NCBI GenBank assembly: GCA_025360865.1
Contig: JANYBG010000140.1
Span: forward strand, 5,342 to 69,341
Reading direction: 5' to 3'
Source: Pseudomonadota bacterium
Lineage (GTDB): Bacteria; Pseudomonadota; Gammaproteobacteria; Steroidobacterales; Steroidobacteraceae
Length of the DNA stretch: 64,000 nucleotides
The translations under genes and the position numbers were made by a program. Positions 1 to 12,902 of the stretch are shown in pieces. How positions within the stretch are numbered: position 1 is the stretch's first letter; each line of letters opens with the position of its first letter. The notes below the pieces were generated by a model. That model worked only from the letters and a program-made list of their open reading frames with translations. It was not told where the DNA came from and ran no database searches.

Positions 1-701
1 CGCTGGCTCGGGCGCACCCGGGCCATCGCCTGGGCGATGCGTTCCGGCTGGTCGTAGAAAAGCGCCTCGGCCTGCCCCGAGTCATCCTCACTCGGGGTCT
101 CGGCGGTTTCATCGGCGACCCACAGGCGCGTGTCGAGGTTCAACACCCCGAACACCCACGGCGCCACGCATACCAGCAGAAGGCCCACCAGCGCGGCTCC
201 CCGGCGCACGACGCCGAACGCGGCCCCCAGCACCCGCAAGGTGAGCAGCGCGAGGTAGAACACCGCGAGGAGGGTGGCGAGGCCTGCGTGCGCGCGCACG
301 ACGGCGAGGTCGCCGAGCAGCCAGAACAGTGGCAGCACAAACGGGGAGACACTCAGCGCGGCGACCAGCAGCGCGCGGGTGTTGGCGGCGCGACTGGACA
401 CACGCGCCACGAGCGCGCAGCCGCCGAGCCCCACGAGCAGATAGGACGCCCAGCCGAACAGGCCGTCGAGTGACAGCGGCGCCTGGCGCTCCGCGTGCAC
501 GGCATCCAAGAGCGCCCATACGGCCAGGTTCAGAATGAGCAGCGCGACCAGCGGGTCGAAGCCAACCACCAGTTGCGGTGGCCAGCGGCGCTTGAGGAGG
601 AAGAGCGCGAACCCGGTGATCAGGTTGCGCCGGACGCCTGCGAACAGGCCCGGGGGCTCCGCCGCCGCGGTCGCGGTGGACGGAAGCGGTTGTTCCGTCA
701 C
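1..701 (-). CDS. hypothetical polytopic membrane protein (3' end beyond window)
   Basis: It is absent from the ORF track because it runs off the window edge. Manual minus-strand translation from GTG at 701 (14 nt after the atpC stop) is uninterrupted: VTEQPLPSTATAAAEPPGLFAGVRRNLITGFALFLLKRRW...LVGLLLVCVAPWVFGVLNLDTRLWVADE... About six hydrophobic helices and G/C-rich third codon positions. Confidence 0.45.
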   Translation of the reverse strand, partial: MTEQPLPSTATAAAEPPGLFAGVRRNLITGFALFLLKRRWPPQLVVGFDPLVALLILNLAVWALLDAVHAERQAPLSLDGLFGWASYLLVGLGGCALVARVSSRAANTRALLVAALSVSPFVLPLFWLLGDLAVVRAHAGLATLLAVFYLALLTLRVLGAAFGVVRRGAALVGLLLVCVAPWVFGVLNLDTRLWVADETAETPSEDDSGQAEALFYDQPERIAQAMARVRPSQ

Positions 702-714
702 GGGATCCGTGACG

Positions 715-1143
715 TCAGGCCTTAAGCTTGCGCAGACGGTCGAGCATCTTCAGCTGGGCGGCGGCGCGGGCCAGTTCCGCGAGCGCCTCCGCCTGGGTGA
801 TCTTGCCGGCCTTGTCCTTCAAGGCTTCCTCCGCGCGCTGCTTGGCGGCGACCGCGGCCGCCTCGTCGAGGTCCTTGGCGCGCACCGCGGTGTCGGCGAG
901 CACGGTGACCTTGCGCGGCTGGATCTCCAGCGCCCCCCCTCCGACGAAGAAGAAATGCTCCACGCCATCGGGGCTCCGCACGCGCACCTCACCGGCCTTG
1001 AGCAGCGTGAGCAGCGGCGCATGGCGCGGATGGATGCCCAGGTCACCCTCGGCGCCGGGCGCGAACACCTCGAGCGCGGGACCTGAGTAGATCTCCCCCT
1101 CGGCGCTGACGATGTCGACCTGGATGGTTTCGGCTTCTGCCAT
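715..1143 (-). CDS. atpC: F1Fo ATP synthase epsilon subunit
   Basis: 142 aa. MAEAETIQVDIVSAEGEIYSG... is a typical epsilon N-terminus. Last gene of the atp operon, directly after atpD. Confidence 0.95.
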   Translation of the reverse strand: MAEAETIQVDIVSAEGEIYSGPALEVFAPGAEGDLGIHPRHAPLLTLLKAGEVRVRSPDGVEHFFFVGGGALEIQPRKVTVLADTAVRAKDLDEAAAVAAKQRAEEALKDKAGKITQAEALAELARAAAQLKMLDRLRKLKA

Positions 1144-1158
1144 GGTGGGCTCGCGCGC

Positions 1159-3461
<2,303 letters not shown>

Positions 3462-3499
3462 CGCTTATTGCTTCTTCGCGTCGCGCTCGTGGCGAGCGC

Positions 3500-5041
<1,542 letters not shown>

Positions 5042-5077
5042 GTGCGTTCTCTCTAGAAGACGAATTCGGTTATGCGG

Positions 5078-5614
5078 TCAGGCGGTCAGTTCATAGGCGA
5101 TGCGGGCCAGGCGCGAGCTCAAGGAGCCGTCGATGACGAGGTCACCGGAGCGCAGCACGGCGCCGCCGATGAGCGCCGGATCGGTCTGGCAGTGCAGGCG
5201 CACCTTGCGCCGCAGGCGTTTCTCCATCGCCGCGGACAGCTTCGCCCGCTGCGCCTCGTTGATCTCGGTCGCGGAGGTGACGGTGACATCAGCCACGCCC
5301 TGCGCCTCGTCCTTGAAGGTATCGAACAGCGTCGCGATCTCGGGGAGGTAGGCGAGACGGCCGTTGACGGCGAGCGTGCGCACGAAGTTCGCGCCGTGCT
5401 CACCGACATCAGCTCCGCTGATGCCGCTTATCAGGTCCGCCAACTGCTCGGGCGTCACGTGCGGATTCCCGAGCAAGTTCGCCACGCGCTCGTCCCTGAC
5501 CGCGAGCGCCGCCAGCCTGAGGGAATCCGACCACTCGTTCAGCCGCTTCTCGCCACGCGCTTCCTCGAAAGCGGCGCGCGCGTAGGGCCGGGCGATCGTG
5601 AGTCTGTCCGCCAT
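5078..5614 (-). CDS. atpH: F1Fo ATP synthase delta subunit
   Basis: 178 aa. N-terminus TIARPYARAAFE... matches the OSCP/delta family. Lies between atpF and atpA. Confidence 0.9.
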   Translation of the reverse strand: MADRLTIARPYARAAFEEARGEKRLNEWSDSLRLAALAVRDERVANLLGNPHVTPEQLADLISGISGADVGEHGANFVRTLAVNGRLAYLPEIATLFDTFKDEAQGVADVTVTSATEINEAQRAKLSAAMEKRLRRKVRLHCQTDPALIGGAVLRSGDLVIDGSLSSRLARIAYELTA

Positions 5615-5628
5615 GCTTTAAGCGCCCC

Positions 5629-6102
5629 TCAGATCTGCGTTGCCAGCTGGTTCAACAGCTCGGCGTGCTTGGTCGCGTCGATCTCCTTGCCCAGCAGCTT
5701 GGAAGCCGCCCCGACGGCGATACCGGCCACTTCGCGGCGCAGGCTCTCGCGTGCGCGCGTGGTATCGAGCTCGATCTGCTGATGCGCCTGCTCCACCAGG
5801 CGCGCGCCCTCGCTGGACGCCTCGCCCTTGGCTTCCTCCACCATCTCGTTGGCGCGATGCTGGGCGTGATCGATGATCTGGGTGGCGCGCTCGCGGGCCT
5901 CACGGATGATGGCATCCGCGCTGCCGCGGGCCGCCGTTAGCGCCTGTTCACCCTTCTCGCCGGCGGCCAGCCCCTGCGCGATCCTGCGCTGGCGCTCCTC
6001 AATGGGGCCGGCAAGCATCGGCACGACTACCTTGTAGATGAACCAAAGCAGCACGAGCAGCACGATGAACTGCCCGATGAAGGTGGCATTGATCGACAGC
6101 AT
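5629..6102 (-). CDS. atpF: F1Fo ATP synthase subunit b
   Basis: 157 aa. One N-terminal TM helix (FIGQFIVLLVLLWFIYKVVVP) followed by a long charged helix. Operon position fits. Confidence 0.9.
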   Translation of the reverse strand: MLSINATFIGQFIVLLVLLWFIYKVVVPMLAGPIEERQRRIAQGLAAGEKGEQALTAARGSADAIIREARERATQIIDHAQHRANEMVEEAKGEASSEGARLVEQAHQQIELDTTRARESLRREVAGIAVGAASKLLGKEIDATKHAELLNQLATQI

Positions 6103-6140
6103 CTACCTATCTCCCCGTGAGATGCGCTGCGCCGGACTGC

Positions 6141-7271
<1,131 letters not shown>

Positions 7272-7745
7272 TTACGCTTTCCAATGCTGGTTACGCGCAC
7301 CGGTCAGTGCGGCGTGCCGCACGCCACCGCCCGGGGCCGCAACGGCGATCCAAGAAGCGATCAGTGCCGCGACGTACCCGAATAGCAGCGCGGGCCACAC
7401 TACGTGCGGCAGACGCGCGGCGATCAGGAACAGGGCGATCGTGCAGATCACTTTTATCAACTCTCCAACCAACACCCGCGACAACGCCGCGGTTACCGAA
7501 CGCTCCAGCACCCGCGCTCGGGCACTTATATATAGGTTCGTCGACCAAACCATGGAGGCGCCGCCGAGCACAGACAACCCGACGTGACGGTCCCAGACGG
7601 CGGCCCCCAGAGCGGCGAGCGCACCGACTGCCACCTGGCACAGCAAGCCGCGCGAGTCCAGCCGCCGCGCCTGGGGCAGATCGATCGCCAACACCTTATA
7701 TAGGTCCCGTCGAGGGGGCTCTGAACCGCCCTGTTCCCGCCCCAT
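7272..7745 (-). CDS. atpI: ATP synthase protein I (AtpI-like small membrane protein)
   Basis: 157 aa hydrophobic protein immediately upstream of atpB (3 nt gap). Its position is typical for atpI. The start codon is uncertain because no SD precedes 7745. Confidence 0.7.
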   Translation of the reverse strand: MGREQGGSEPPRRDLYKVLAIDLPQARRLDSRGLLCQVAVGALAALGAAVWDRHVGLSVLGGASMVWSTNLYISARARVLERSVTAALSRVLVGELIKVICTIALFLIAARLPHVVWPALLFGYVAALIASWIAVAAPGGGVRHAALTGARNQHWKA

Positions 7746-7822
7746 GAGCTTTGGCGCGGGGGGCTTAACATTACGCTGGCTGTTCAGTCACTTAGAGGAC
7801 GGCCGGCGAAAAAAGCCGGCGA

Positions 7823-7851
7823 ATTATAGTGAGCGGATGTGCGTGAGTCCA
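7823..7851 (-). promoter_or_regulatory. candidate sigma70 promoter of the atp operon
   Basis: The minus strand reads TGGACT-17 nt-TATAAT. The -10 is perfect at 7823-7828 and the -35 (4/6) is at 7846-7851. It lies about 70-100 nt upstream of the atpI start. Confidence 0.35.
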
Positions 7852-7928
7852 CAGCGGAACCGCACCCCGCGCGCGATCCCCCGCAAGGCCCGGTTTGGCT
7901 TGGGAAAACACCTCACGTGGCACCCCGG

Positions 7929-8765
7929 TCACAGCGCCCGCACGGCCCTCACCTGCGCGGTCAGCTCCCTGACAATGTGCGGCATGTCGGGCACGGGCGC
8001 GTGCCGCCTGAAATGCTCCCCGAGCTCGCGGGTGATCGCCTCCTCGGACTTGGCGTCCGCGAGCGCCCCGTCCGCGGCCCATTTGCGCCCCGCGTGCAGG
8101 ACGTCCCACGGCGAGCGCCGGTTCCTGCGGGTTTCCGCGCTGTCCCCATGCTTGCCGAAGCCCAGCAGTATCCCGATCTCCTTGTTCCATATGGGCCTGA
8201 ACAGGCCGATGAGCGAGCTCTCGGCGGCCGTCTGCCAGCCCGTCGCCACCACCAGATACCGGCAAGCGAAATCCGCCAGGTCCAGGTTCCCCGCGCTTTC
8301 AATGTTCTTGCGGTGCTCATTCAGGCGGGTGCACAGCCGTTCGCCCTGTTCGCGCGGCGTGCGCGCGCCCGCGGATTCAGGATCGGCCTTGCCGACATAG
8401 AGCGGATGCTCGGTGCGGGCGATGGGGCGATACAGGGGGAAGTCGCCCTGGTAATAGAGCGCGTAGACCCCGGAACCGTAGAACCGGTCCGCCTCCACGC
8501 AGGACAGTGGCAGGCGCTCCACTCCCACCAAAGCGATGGCCGCGAAGATCCCGAACAGGCGTGGATCGGCCGGGTCGAAGAAGGATTCCGGGTGGCGGGT
8601 GGGGTCGAGCAGCGCGAGGCGGGACCTCAGGTCCGCGGCCAGTGCCTCCAGCTCCTCCCGCGCCTTGCGGCCCCGGGATCCAGCGAGCTCCTCGGGATGA
8701 GCGGACAATCGGTCCAGTACAGCGCGCAGCGCGCTTGCGACCGATAGCAGGTCCTCCTGGGTCAC
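7929..8765 (-). CDS. type II restriction endonuclease, Eco29kI family (GIY-YIG)
   Basis: 278 aa. GSGVYALYYQG...HPLYVGKA...RLNEHRKNI...NLDLADFACRYLVV...RPIWN...GFGKH...SPWDVLHAGRKWA is collinear with the Eco29kI sequence as I recall it. Overlaps the upstream MTase gene by 4 nt. Confidence 0.8.
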   Translation of the reverse strand: MTQEDLLSVASALRAVLDRLSAHPEELAGSRGRKAREELEALAADLRSRLALLDPTRHPESFFDPADPRLFGIFAAIALVGVERLPLSCVEADRFYGSGVYALYYQGDFPLYRPIARTEHPLYVGKADPESAGARTPREQGERLCTRLNEHRKNIESAGNLDLADFACRYLVVATGWQTAAESSLIGLFRPIWNKEIGILLGFGKHGDSAETRRNRRSPWDVLHAGRKWAADGALADAKSEEAITRELGEHFRRHAPVPDMPHIVRELTAQVRAVRAL

Positions 8766-9928
8766 GACCTCGCTCTGAGCGTCGCGGCGACCGAGCCTGC
8801 CACCACCGCGGCGAGCCGCACGGGAACCGCGTTACCCAGCTGGCGCATCGCCTCCGACCAGGCGCCGATGAAGACATAGTCGTCAGGGAAGGTCTGCAGC
8901 CGCGCGGCCTCCCGGACCGTGAAGTAGCGCGGCCGCCCGTCGACGCGCACGAGCATATTCTCGCCGCCCGGTACGCCATGGTCGCCGGCCTTGAGTGTCT
9001 TGGCCGGTTCATCCAGCGGACTGCCGGTGTGCCCGGGGTAGGCGCGCGCGCCGGGGTTGAACACGTGGTTCGCGACGGATGAACCGGCCGGGGACTGTGG
9101 ATCCGGCAGGTCCGCGATGGCGTCACGCACGGTCGCCCAGGGCAGGCTCGCCTTGTCGGGGCCGGTTGCGCGCAACCGCTCCACGCGCGCCCTGAGGCGT
9201 GGCGCCAGCTCCTGCCACTGGCGCCGGGGCACCGCGTGCCTCTCCCAGTAGTCACCGCGGCCCCACTTGGACAGGAGCAGCGCGTCCTCGCAGTGCGTGG
9301 CTTCCGGGAAATTCCAGGCGGCGTTGAGATCGGAGCGGAACCCGACCAGGAATACGCGCTCGCGCTTCTGCGGAACCCCGTAGTTGGCCGCGTTCAGCAG
9401 GCGAAACACGACGTTGTATTCGGCGCGCTTGCCATGGGCGGTGTGGTGGCGCTCCAGTCGAGAGCGGTGGTCGTGCCAGGACTCGCTCTTCCTGCGCACC
9501 ACGCTCGGGTGGCCAAGTTGCAGGAGGATGTACTCGAAGTAGCCGGCGAAGGACTCGCGCAGCAGTCCCTTCACGTTCTCGAAGATGAAGGCGCGCGGGC
9601 GCAGCTCACGCACCGCGCGCACCGCCTCGGGGAACATGTCGCGGTCATCGCGGAAGCCGCGGTGCTTGCCGCCCAGGGAGAACGGCTGGCAGGGAGGGCC
9701 GCCGGAGACCACGAGAACCTCCTTTGAGATCCCCGCGTAATCGAAGCCGCGGACATCGCCCTCGATCAGGGGCCAGCCCTCGACCGCGTGCGCGTGGTGA
9801 CGCTGGTTCTCGCGGAAGGTCTCGCAGGCGTCGGGGTTCCACTCGATCACCGCGGCGTGCCGGAACCCCGCCTGCGCCATGCCGATCGCAAGTCCCCCCG
9901 CCCCCGCGAATAACTCGACACTACGCAT
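8762..9928 (-). CDS. DNA (cytosine-5)-methyltransferase
   Basis: 388 aa. Motif I LFAGAGGLAIG, motif IV GGPPCQPFS, motif VI FIFENVKGL, motif VIII GVPQKRERVF, and C-terminal GNAVPV. Confidence 0.93.
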   Translation of the reverse strand: MRSVELFAGAGGLAIGMAQAGFRHAAVIEWNPDACETFRENQRHHAHAVEGWPLIEGDVRGFDYAGISKEVLVVSGGPPCQPFSLGGKHRGFRDDRDMFPEAVRAVRELRPRAFIFENVKGLLRESFAGYFEYILLQLGHPSVVRRKSESWHDHRSRLERHHTAHGKRAEYNVVFRLLNAANYGVPQKRERVFLVGFRSDLNAAWNFPEATHCEDALLLSKWGRGDYWERHAVPRRQWQELAPRLRARVERLRATGPDKASLPWATVRDAIADLPDPQSPAGSSVANHVFNPGARAYPGHTGSPLDEPAKTLKAGDHGVPGGENMLVRVDGRPRYFTVREAARLQTFPDDYVFIGAWSEAMRQLGNAVPVRLAAVVAGSVAATLRARS

Positions 9929-10328
9929 CCAGAAATTCCTTGATCCGCTTCCGGGGGCGGGCGAGCTGGCCGACCTGACATTCCCAGACCACCAATACGC
10001 GCCAGCCCCGGGCGCGTAAAGCCCGCAAATTGCGCTGATCGCGGCGCAGGTTGCCGGCGAACTTCTCGCTCCAGAACCTGACGCGGGACTTCGGGGTCCG
10101 GGTCAGCGCGCAGCGGGCGTGCCGGTGCCAGAAGCAGCCGTGCACGAATATCGCCTTGCGCCTGGCGCGGAACACCAGGTCTGGCCGGCCGGGGAGTGTT
10201 CCATCGTGCAGGCGGTACCGATAGCCCATCGCGAACACCAGGCGGCGCACGCGCAGTTCCGGGCGCGTGTCCTTGCCCCGTACCCGCGACATCACCTGCG
10301 ACCGCTGCCTGGGCGTGAGTGTGTCCAC
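9921..10328 (-). CDS. vsr: very short patch repair endonuclease
   Basis: 135 aa. RSQVMSRVRGKDTRPELRVRR...GRPDLVF...AIFVHGCFWHRH... are Vsr hallmarks. GTG start with AGAGG upstream. Overlaps the MTase start by 8 nt. Confidence 0.9.
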   Translation of the reverse strand: MDTLTPRQRSQVMSRVRGKDTRPELRVRRLVFAMGYRYRLHDGTLPGRPDLVFRARRKAIFVHGCFWHRHARCALTRTPKSRVRFWSEKFAGNLRRDQRNLRALRARGWRVLVVWECQVGQLARPRKRIKEFLDA

Positions 10329-10430
10329 CGACCTCTTACCGTTCAGCCCGACGAGCGCCCGACAGGACGCCCGGCGAGTTTAACGGTCCGGTGACGGCGA
10401 TGGCACCGCCGGGGCAAGCGTCGCGCTCCC

Positions 10431-11090
10431 TCAGGCCGCCTGCGCTAGACGCGCGACCTTCTCCCAGGTCGTCGCGCTGAAGCTGGGCCGCTCGCCCACG
10501 CGCGCCAGCCACTCGCGCAGGTTCGCGCGTCCGTGGGTGAGCACCTCCCATTCGGGGGTCTGCGCGAGGAAGTCCATCTGCGGGCCGATCATCGCATCCG
10601 CCAGCGTGAACGCATCGCCGGCGAGGTGGCGCTGGGTGCCCAGCTGCGCGGAGAGTTCCTCGAACACCGCGTGCGCCTTCGGCAGCACCGCGGCGATCGC
10701 CGTCTCATCAGGCGCGAGCCCCATCAGCTTAGGTCCCACGATCCGCTGGAAGCCGATGACATTGCCCGGCCCCTGGAAGAGGTACCAGTCGTTGACGTTC
10801 ATCAGCTGGTCCATGCGGGCCACCTCGCGCGTCGCCAATGGCACGAGCGCGGGGCTCGGCAGCACGCGCTCGATGTAGCGCAGGATGGCCGCGGTCTCGT
10901 AGAGGCGGAAGTCCGCGTGGACCAGCACTGGCACCCGCCCGAAGGGGTGGATCGCCAGGTGCCGCGCGGAGCGCAGCTCGCCCGGGGCCACCCCCTGGAA
11001 GCGATAGCGCGCGCCCTTTTCCTCCAGCGCGACCAGGACGGCGCGCCCGTAAGGGCTGCCGGGTATGCCGTGGACGATGAACTCGCTCAT
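10431..11090 (-). CDS. glutathione S-transferase family protein
   Basis: Internal ATG of the 428-aa track ORF. 219 aa MSEFIVHGIPGSPYGRAVLVALEEKG...IHPFGRVPVL... with a thioredoxin-like N-domain and a helical C-domain. The upstream part of the track ORF is antisense/alternate-frame to the next gene. Confidence 0.85.
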   Translation of the reverse strand: MSEFIVHGIPGSPYGRAVLVALEEKGARYRFQGVAPGELRSARHLAIHPFGRVPVLVHADFRLYETAAILRYIERVLPSPALVPLATREVARMDQLMNVNDWYLFQGPGNVIGFQRIVGPKLMGLAPDETAIAAVLPKAHAVFEELSAQLGTQRHLAGDAFTLADAMIGPQMDFLAQTPEWEVLTHGRANLREWLARVGERPSFSATTWEKVARLAQAA

Positions 11091-11575
11091 GATTTTCCCT
11101 CCCGCGCGACCTGCGCGGCGTAGAAGTCCAGCAGCTGTGTCCAGCCGCCGTCGACGCCCGAGCGCATCTTCTCCCCGGGTGCCGCGCCCATGCGCTCGAA
11201 GTCGCGGTGCTCCACCTCGACGCGGGTCTTCGCGGCGCCCTCGGCCGTGAAGCGCACCTCGACCTCGGAGGCGAACTCCACGCGCGAGTCCGGTTTCCAG
11301 TCGGCGCTGATCTCCCAGCCCACCACGAATCGGACCCCCGGCTGCCAGGCGCGCACGTGCCCGAGGACGACATCCTTGCCGTCCTCGTGCGAGGTGTACC
11401 AGCGACCGCCAACAAACGGCTCGATGGTTGATTTCGTGATCGGGGCCGCGCCGATGCCATGGGTCTTGGGCCACCAGCGGTCGAGGCCGGCGGTGAAGAT
11501 CTCGAAGGCGCGCGCGGGGGTGGCCTCCACGACCACGGCCTTGCGGACCGGGGCGATGCTGATCGTGCGATTCAC
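11087..11575 (-). CDS. SRPBCC (AHSA1/START-like) domain protein
   Basis: 162 aa with the pattern ...ATPARAFEIFTAGLDRWWP...GGRW... typical of ArsR-linked AHSA1-like proteins. 4-nt overlaps with both neighbouring genes. Confidence 0.8.
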   Translation of the reverse strand: MNRTISIAPVRKAVVVEATPARAFEIFTAGLDRWWPKTHGIGAAPITKSTIEPFVGGRWYTSHEDGKDVVLGHVRAWQPGVRFVVGWEISADWKPDSRVEFASEVEVRFTAEGAAKTRVEVEHRDFERMGAAPGEKMRSGVDGGWTQLLDFYAAQVAREGKS

Positions 11576-11898
11576 GGTGTTTTGCTCCCTTTGTTTTCAG
11601 GTGTCGTATCAATGTGTTTCTTGAAAGCTTCCAGCGCCCCGTCCCAGAACTGGTCGAGCCAGCGGCGCAGCTCCCCCAGCCCATCCGGATCGATGTGATA
11701 GATGCGGCGCGCGCCATCGGGCTCGTCCTTCACCAATCCCGCCTCCTTCAGCGCTTTCAGGTGCTGCGAGACCGCCGGGCGGCTGACCGGCAGTCCCCGC
11801 GCCAGCTCGCCCACGGACTTGGGTCCCGAGCGCAGGCGCTCGAACACTGCCCGACGGGTCGGATCACTCAGGCACTGCAGGGCATGTCCGTAAGCCAT
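11572..11898 (-). CDS. ArsR/SmtB family transcriptional regulator
   Basis: 108 aa. ...LSDPTRRAVFERLRSGPKSVGELARGLPVSRPAVSQHLKALKEAGLV... is a winged HTH. Confidence 0.87.
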   Translation of the reverse strand: MAYGHALQCLSDPTRRAVFERLRSGPKSVGELARGLPVSRPAVSQHLKALKEAGLVKDEPDGARRIYHIDPDGLGELRRWLDQFWDGALEAFKKHIDTTPENKGSKTP

Positions 11899-11931
11899 GA
11901 CTTACTGTAAGCAATAGCTTACCAATAAGTC
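11899..11931. promoter_or_regulatory. candidate ArsR operator (imperfect dyad)
   Basis: GACTTACTGTAAGC-AATA-GCTTACCAATAAGTC abuts the arsR start codon in a local A/T-rich patch. CTTAC/GTAAG half-sites recur at 11901, 11907 and 11918. Confidence 0.3.
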
Positions 11932-11987
11932 AAGAGCCTGCGGGGTCGCGGGCACCACGGCCCGGGATGAGGCGTGGGGGAGAGCCG

Positions 11988-12902
11988 CTACTGGATGTGC
12001 GCGAGGATGCCGTCGAGCTCGTCGAGACTGTTGTAGTTCACGATGAGCCTGCCCTTGCCGCCGCGCCCCTGCTGGATGGCGACGCGGGCGCCGAGCTTTT
12101 CCGCCAGGTCCTGCTGGAGCTTCTCGACATTCGGATCGCTGGCGCCGGCGGGGGCTTCGCGCCCTGACCCGGAGGATGGCGCCTGCAGGCGGCGCACGAG
12201 CGACTCGGTATCGCGCACGGATAGGCCCTTCTTCACGACAAGCGTCGCCACCTCGATCTGCTGGCGGCGCTGGGACAGCGCCAGCAGCGCGCGCGCGTGC
12301 CCCATCTCGAGCGCGCGTTGCTCGAGCATCTCGCACACTTCGGGAGCCAGTTCCAGCAGGCGCAGCAGGTTGCTCACGCCCGCGCGCGAGCGGCCCACGG
12401 CATCGGCGGCCTGCTGGTGCGTGAGTCCGAATTCCGAGATCAGGCGCTCCAGCGCACGCGCCTCCTCCACCGCGTTGAGGTTCTCGCGCTGAATGTTCTC
12501 GATGAGGGCGACCGCGATCGCCGCCTCGTCCGGGATGTGGCGGATGATCGCGGGGATCCGTGCGAGCCCTGCCAGCTGCGCGGCGCGCCAGCGGCGCTCG
12601 CCGGCGATGATCTCGTAGCGCTGCGAACCCCCGGGGCTCAACCCCTCCAGCGGGCGCACCACGATTGGCTGCACCACGCCCTGCGCCTTGATCGAGGCCG
12701 CCAGATCCTCGAGGGACTCGTTGCGCATGTCGGCGCGCGGCTGGTAGCGGCCGCGCTGCAGCAGATCCAGCGGCAGCTTCACCAGCTCGTCCTGGGGCAC
12801 CATCGGCACCTGCGCCCCCAGCGTGGGATTCGCGATGATCGACGGACGCGACTGGCCCAGCAGGTCCGCGAGTCCGCGGCCCAGTGTCGGCTTTTTCATC
12901 AA
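11988..12902 (-). CDS. parB: chromosome partitioning protein ParB
   Basis: 304 aa. N-terminal LGRGLADLL, ParB box ...IVVRP...YEIIAGERRWRAA..., and HTH ...LIENIQRENLNAVEEA... Confidence 0.93.
   Translation of the reverse strand: MMKKPTLGRGLADLLGQSRPSIIANPTLGAQVPMVPQDELVKLPLDLLQRGRYQPRADMRNESLEDLAASIKAQGVVQPIVVRPLEGLSPGGSQRYEIIAGERRWRAAQLAGLARIPAIIRHIPDEAAIAVALIENIQRENLNAVEEARALERLISEFGLTHQQAADAVGRSRAGVSNLLRLLELAPEVCEMLEQRALEMGHARALLALSQRRQQIEVATLVVKKGLSVRDTESLVRRLQAPSSGSGREAPAGASDPNVEKLQQDLAEKLGARVAIQQGRGGKGRLIVNYNSLDELDGILAHIQ

Noticed and set aside
7800-7820. GCCGGC-GAAAAAA-GCCGGC hairpin as a terminator for the restriction gene
   Set aside because: On the minus strand the T-run lies in the loop, not after the stem. 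The hairpin lies downstream of the candidate atp -10 box, so it is more likely part of the atp leader.
7918-7923. TGGCAC hexamers (here and at 16677-16682) as possible sigma54 -24 elements, given NtrC in the window
   Set aside because: Neither is followed by TTGC(A/T) at the required 5-nt spacing, and the orientation does not fit a downstream gene.
11091-11717. N-terminal 209 codons of the 428-aa track ORF (10431-11717)
   Set aside because: This part is an alternate frame of the SRPBCC and ArsR genes and is Arg/Gly-rich. The GST domain begins at the internal ATG at 11090, which overlaps the SRPBCC stop by 4 nt.
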